In this document: piece after piece, positions 62,813-64,000 of the stretch
How the letters are laid out: each line of letters starts with the position of its first letter
Position numbering within the stretch: the first letter of the stretch is position 1
Source: Eledone cirrhosa
Lineage: Eukaryota
Direction of reading: 5' to 3'
Assembly: GCA_964016885.1 (NCBI GenBank)
Contig: OZ024740.1
Coordinates: forward strand, 89,900,001-89,964,000
Length of the DNA: 64,000 nt
The notes under the pieces: model-generated
Told to the model about the DNA's origin: nothing
Database searches by the model: none
Seen by the model: the letters and a program-made list of their open reading frames with translations, nothing else
Translations under genes and position numbers: made by a program

Positions 62813-62813
<1 letters not shown>
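61306..62813 (-). pseudogene. Truncated PLE ORF (RT thumb, long linker, GIY-YIG)
   Basis: ORFs 62617-62889 and 61462-62484 are in the same frame, and reading continues past TGA 61462 to TAG 61306. Confidence 0.88.
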
Positions 62814-62862
<49 letters not shown>

Positions 62863-62872
62863 ATGTGTGTGT

Positions 62873-63273
62873 GTAGATAAATCTACCAAAATATACGGTA
62901 GTGTCCAATCCGTATGAAAAGCTCAATGTAATCCAAATACCATGAAGAGAGAAGATGTATTCAAAAATGTTTCGATGTAAATCTCAGGAAAACAGAGTCA
63001 AGATAAATTAATAAAAACAATGAATAAAAACAAAGAGACAGTTCCTTATATTAAAAAATGCATCATTTTACGATCGAAATAATTATTTCTGAAGACAGCA
63101 TATATATGTGTAGGTATGTATATTTCCTCTGATAGTTTTTAAAATGTTTACATATATCTATATTATATACATACCAACACACACATATACATCCTGAAAT
63201 GATCGTAAAATGATGTATTTTTTAATATAAGGAATTATTTCTTTGTTTTTATTCATTGTTTTTATTCATTTAT
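62873..63273. mobile_element. Inverted PLE-end insertion with long-stem-II HHR (63083-63213, +)
   Basis: TTATTT-CTGAAGA-100 nt-GAAA-TGATCG-TA-AAATGA. The left arm carries the long tail. Confidence 0.8.
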
Positions 63274-63286
63274 ATATATATATATA

Positions 63287-64000
63287 TAGTATTAAGGATA
63301 CTATTTATGGTTATGTATATACTAAAACCTTTTATAGTTATATATATAGTATACCCTAAATAGTGAAAGACAGCAATTTATTACTATGTTATTAACAGTA
63401 AGATAAATAGCTCAATGTAACAACATCAGTTGTTTTACAGAGGAGTTATATAGAGATTAAATGAAACAAAGTTCTGTTGAAATCATTTATCTGCTTACAA
63501 TTATTTCTTCCAAACCGAGGTTTGGAGTCTTCGGAGCAATTATTCAGTGATTTTTAACACTACTTGACCTCCTTTTCAACACAAGAGACATATAGAAACA
63601 TATGTATATATTGACCCACAGTGGGGTGACATCCATTATAATAAGATAACATGGTCATTTACATACAAAGATTACAGTCATATTAAAGGACAAAATTAAA
63701 ATTAAAATAAAACATTGGCAGTCTACTAAGATAAAGCAAAAGGAAAGTTTGGAGTAGCCAGTGTATGCAACAGTCACACGTGTGGCATGCACGCGTGTGC
63801 TATTTATATAAGATTATAGTGCGGCAGATTGTTACAAGTAAAACAAGCGGTCAAAGCAGGCAATCAAGAGGATCATGGGGGTGAACTGGTTAAGCATTAT
63901 TTACACACACCTGTACGATATAGAAGCCCGTGTGTGGAGAAATACCAAAAATATCAAAACTATTACAAATGAGAAGCAAAACAGCACCACTGTCATCGTA
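63287..64000 (-). mobile_element. PLE 3' region related to 44917-46042, runs off window
   Basis: Colinear but diverged; HHR at 63492-63538 with the same CCGAAGA core and TCCAAAC/GTTTGGA stem II. Confidence 0.82.

Larger units (their letters stand above)
59076..62813 (-). mobile_element. 5'-truncated CxCx5C-type (Hydra-like) PLE with ~2-kb 3' UTR
   Basis: One reading frame 62813-61306 with two in-frame TGA: VNFLDVTLDL, SNHP, YFNPPY, CNCRVSVNCPLNGNCL, IVY..YVGST..FKTRF, LC..E and LLNRKSE..SCPH. HHR at 59223-59260. Confidence 0.9.

Overview
This is AT-rich, repeat-dense eukaryotic DNA with no confidently identifiable host gene. A tRNA-derived SINE resembles one I recall from octopod cephalopods (taxon is inference). 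Most short ORFs in the track are artefacts of (TA)n/(CA)n/(CT)n microsatellites. The window is dominated by Penelope-like retroelements (PLEs) inserted into (TA)n tracts. One is young and apparently intact (26723-31253): an 879-aa RT plus GIY-YIG ORF between ~1.08-kb near-identical direct repeats. There are also truncated PLEs of at least two other protein types and many 0.1-2.4 kb non-coding PLE-end insertions. Reading both strands by eye I find about 27 type I hammerhead ribozyme (HHR) motifs from roughly 17 sequence families, several with non-canonical cores or very long stem II inserts. The most striking pattern is a shared insertion architecture: two element 3' ends face outward into the TA tract. 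One is a short end just past the HHR; the other is a long end carrying a conserved YRTYGAG motif and the first ~10 codons of the ORF. This suggests priming from both target ends at two fixed RNA sites. A ~430-bp non-coding HHR unit looks like a retrozyme. Degenerate RTE, CR1-like and CRE LINEs, SINEs with target-site duplications (TSDs) and a DINE/HINE-like element are also present. All alignments and RNA structures were done manually, so boundaries are approximate.
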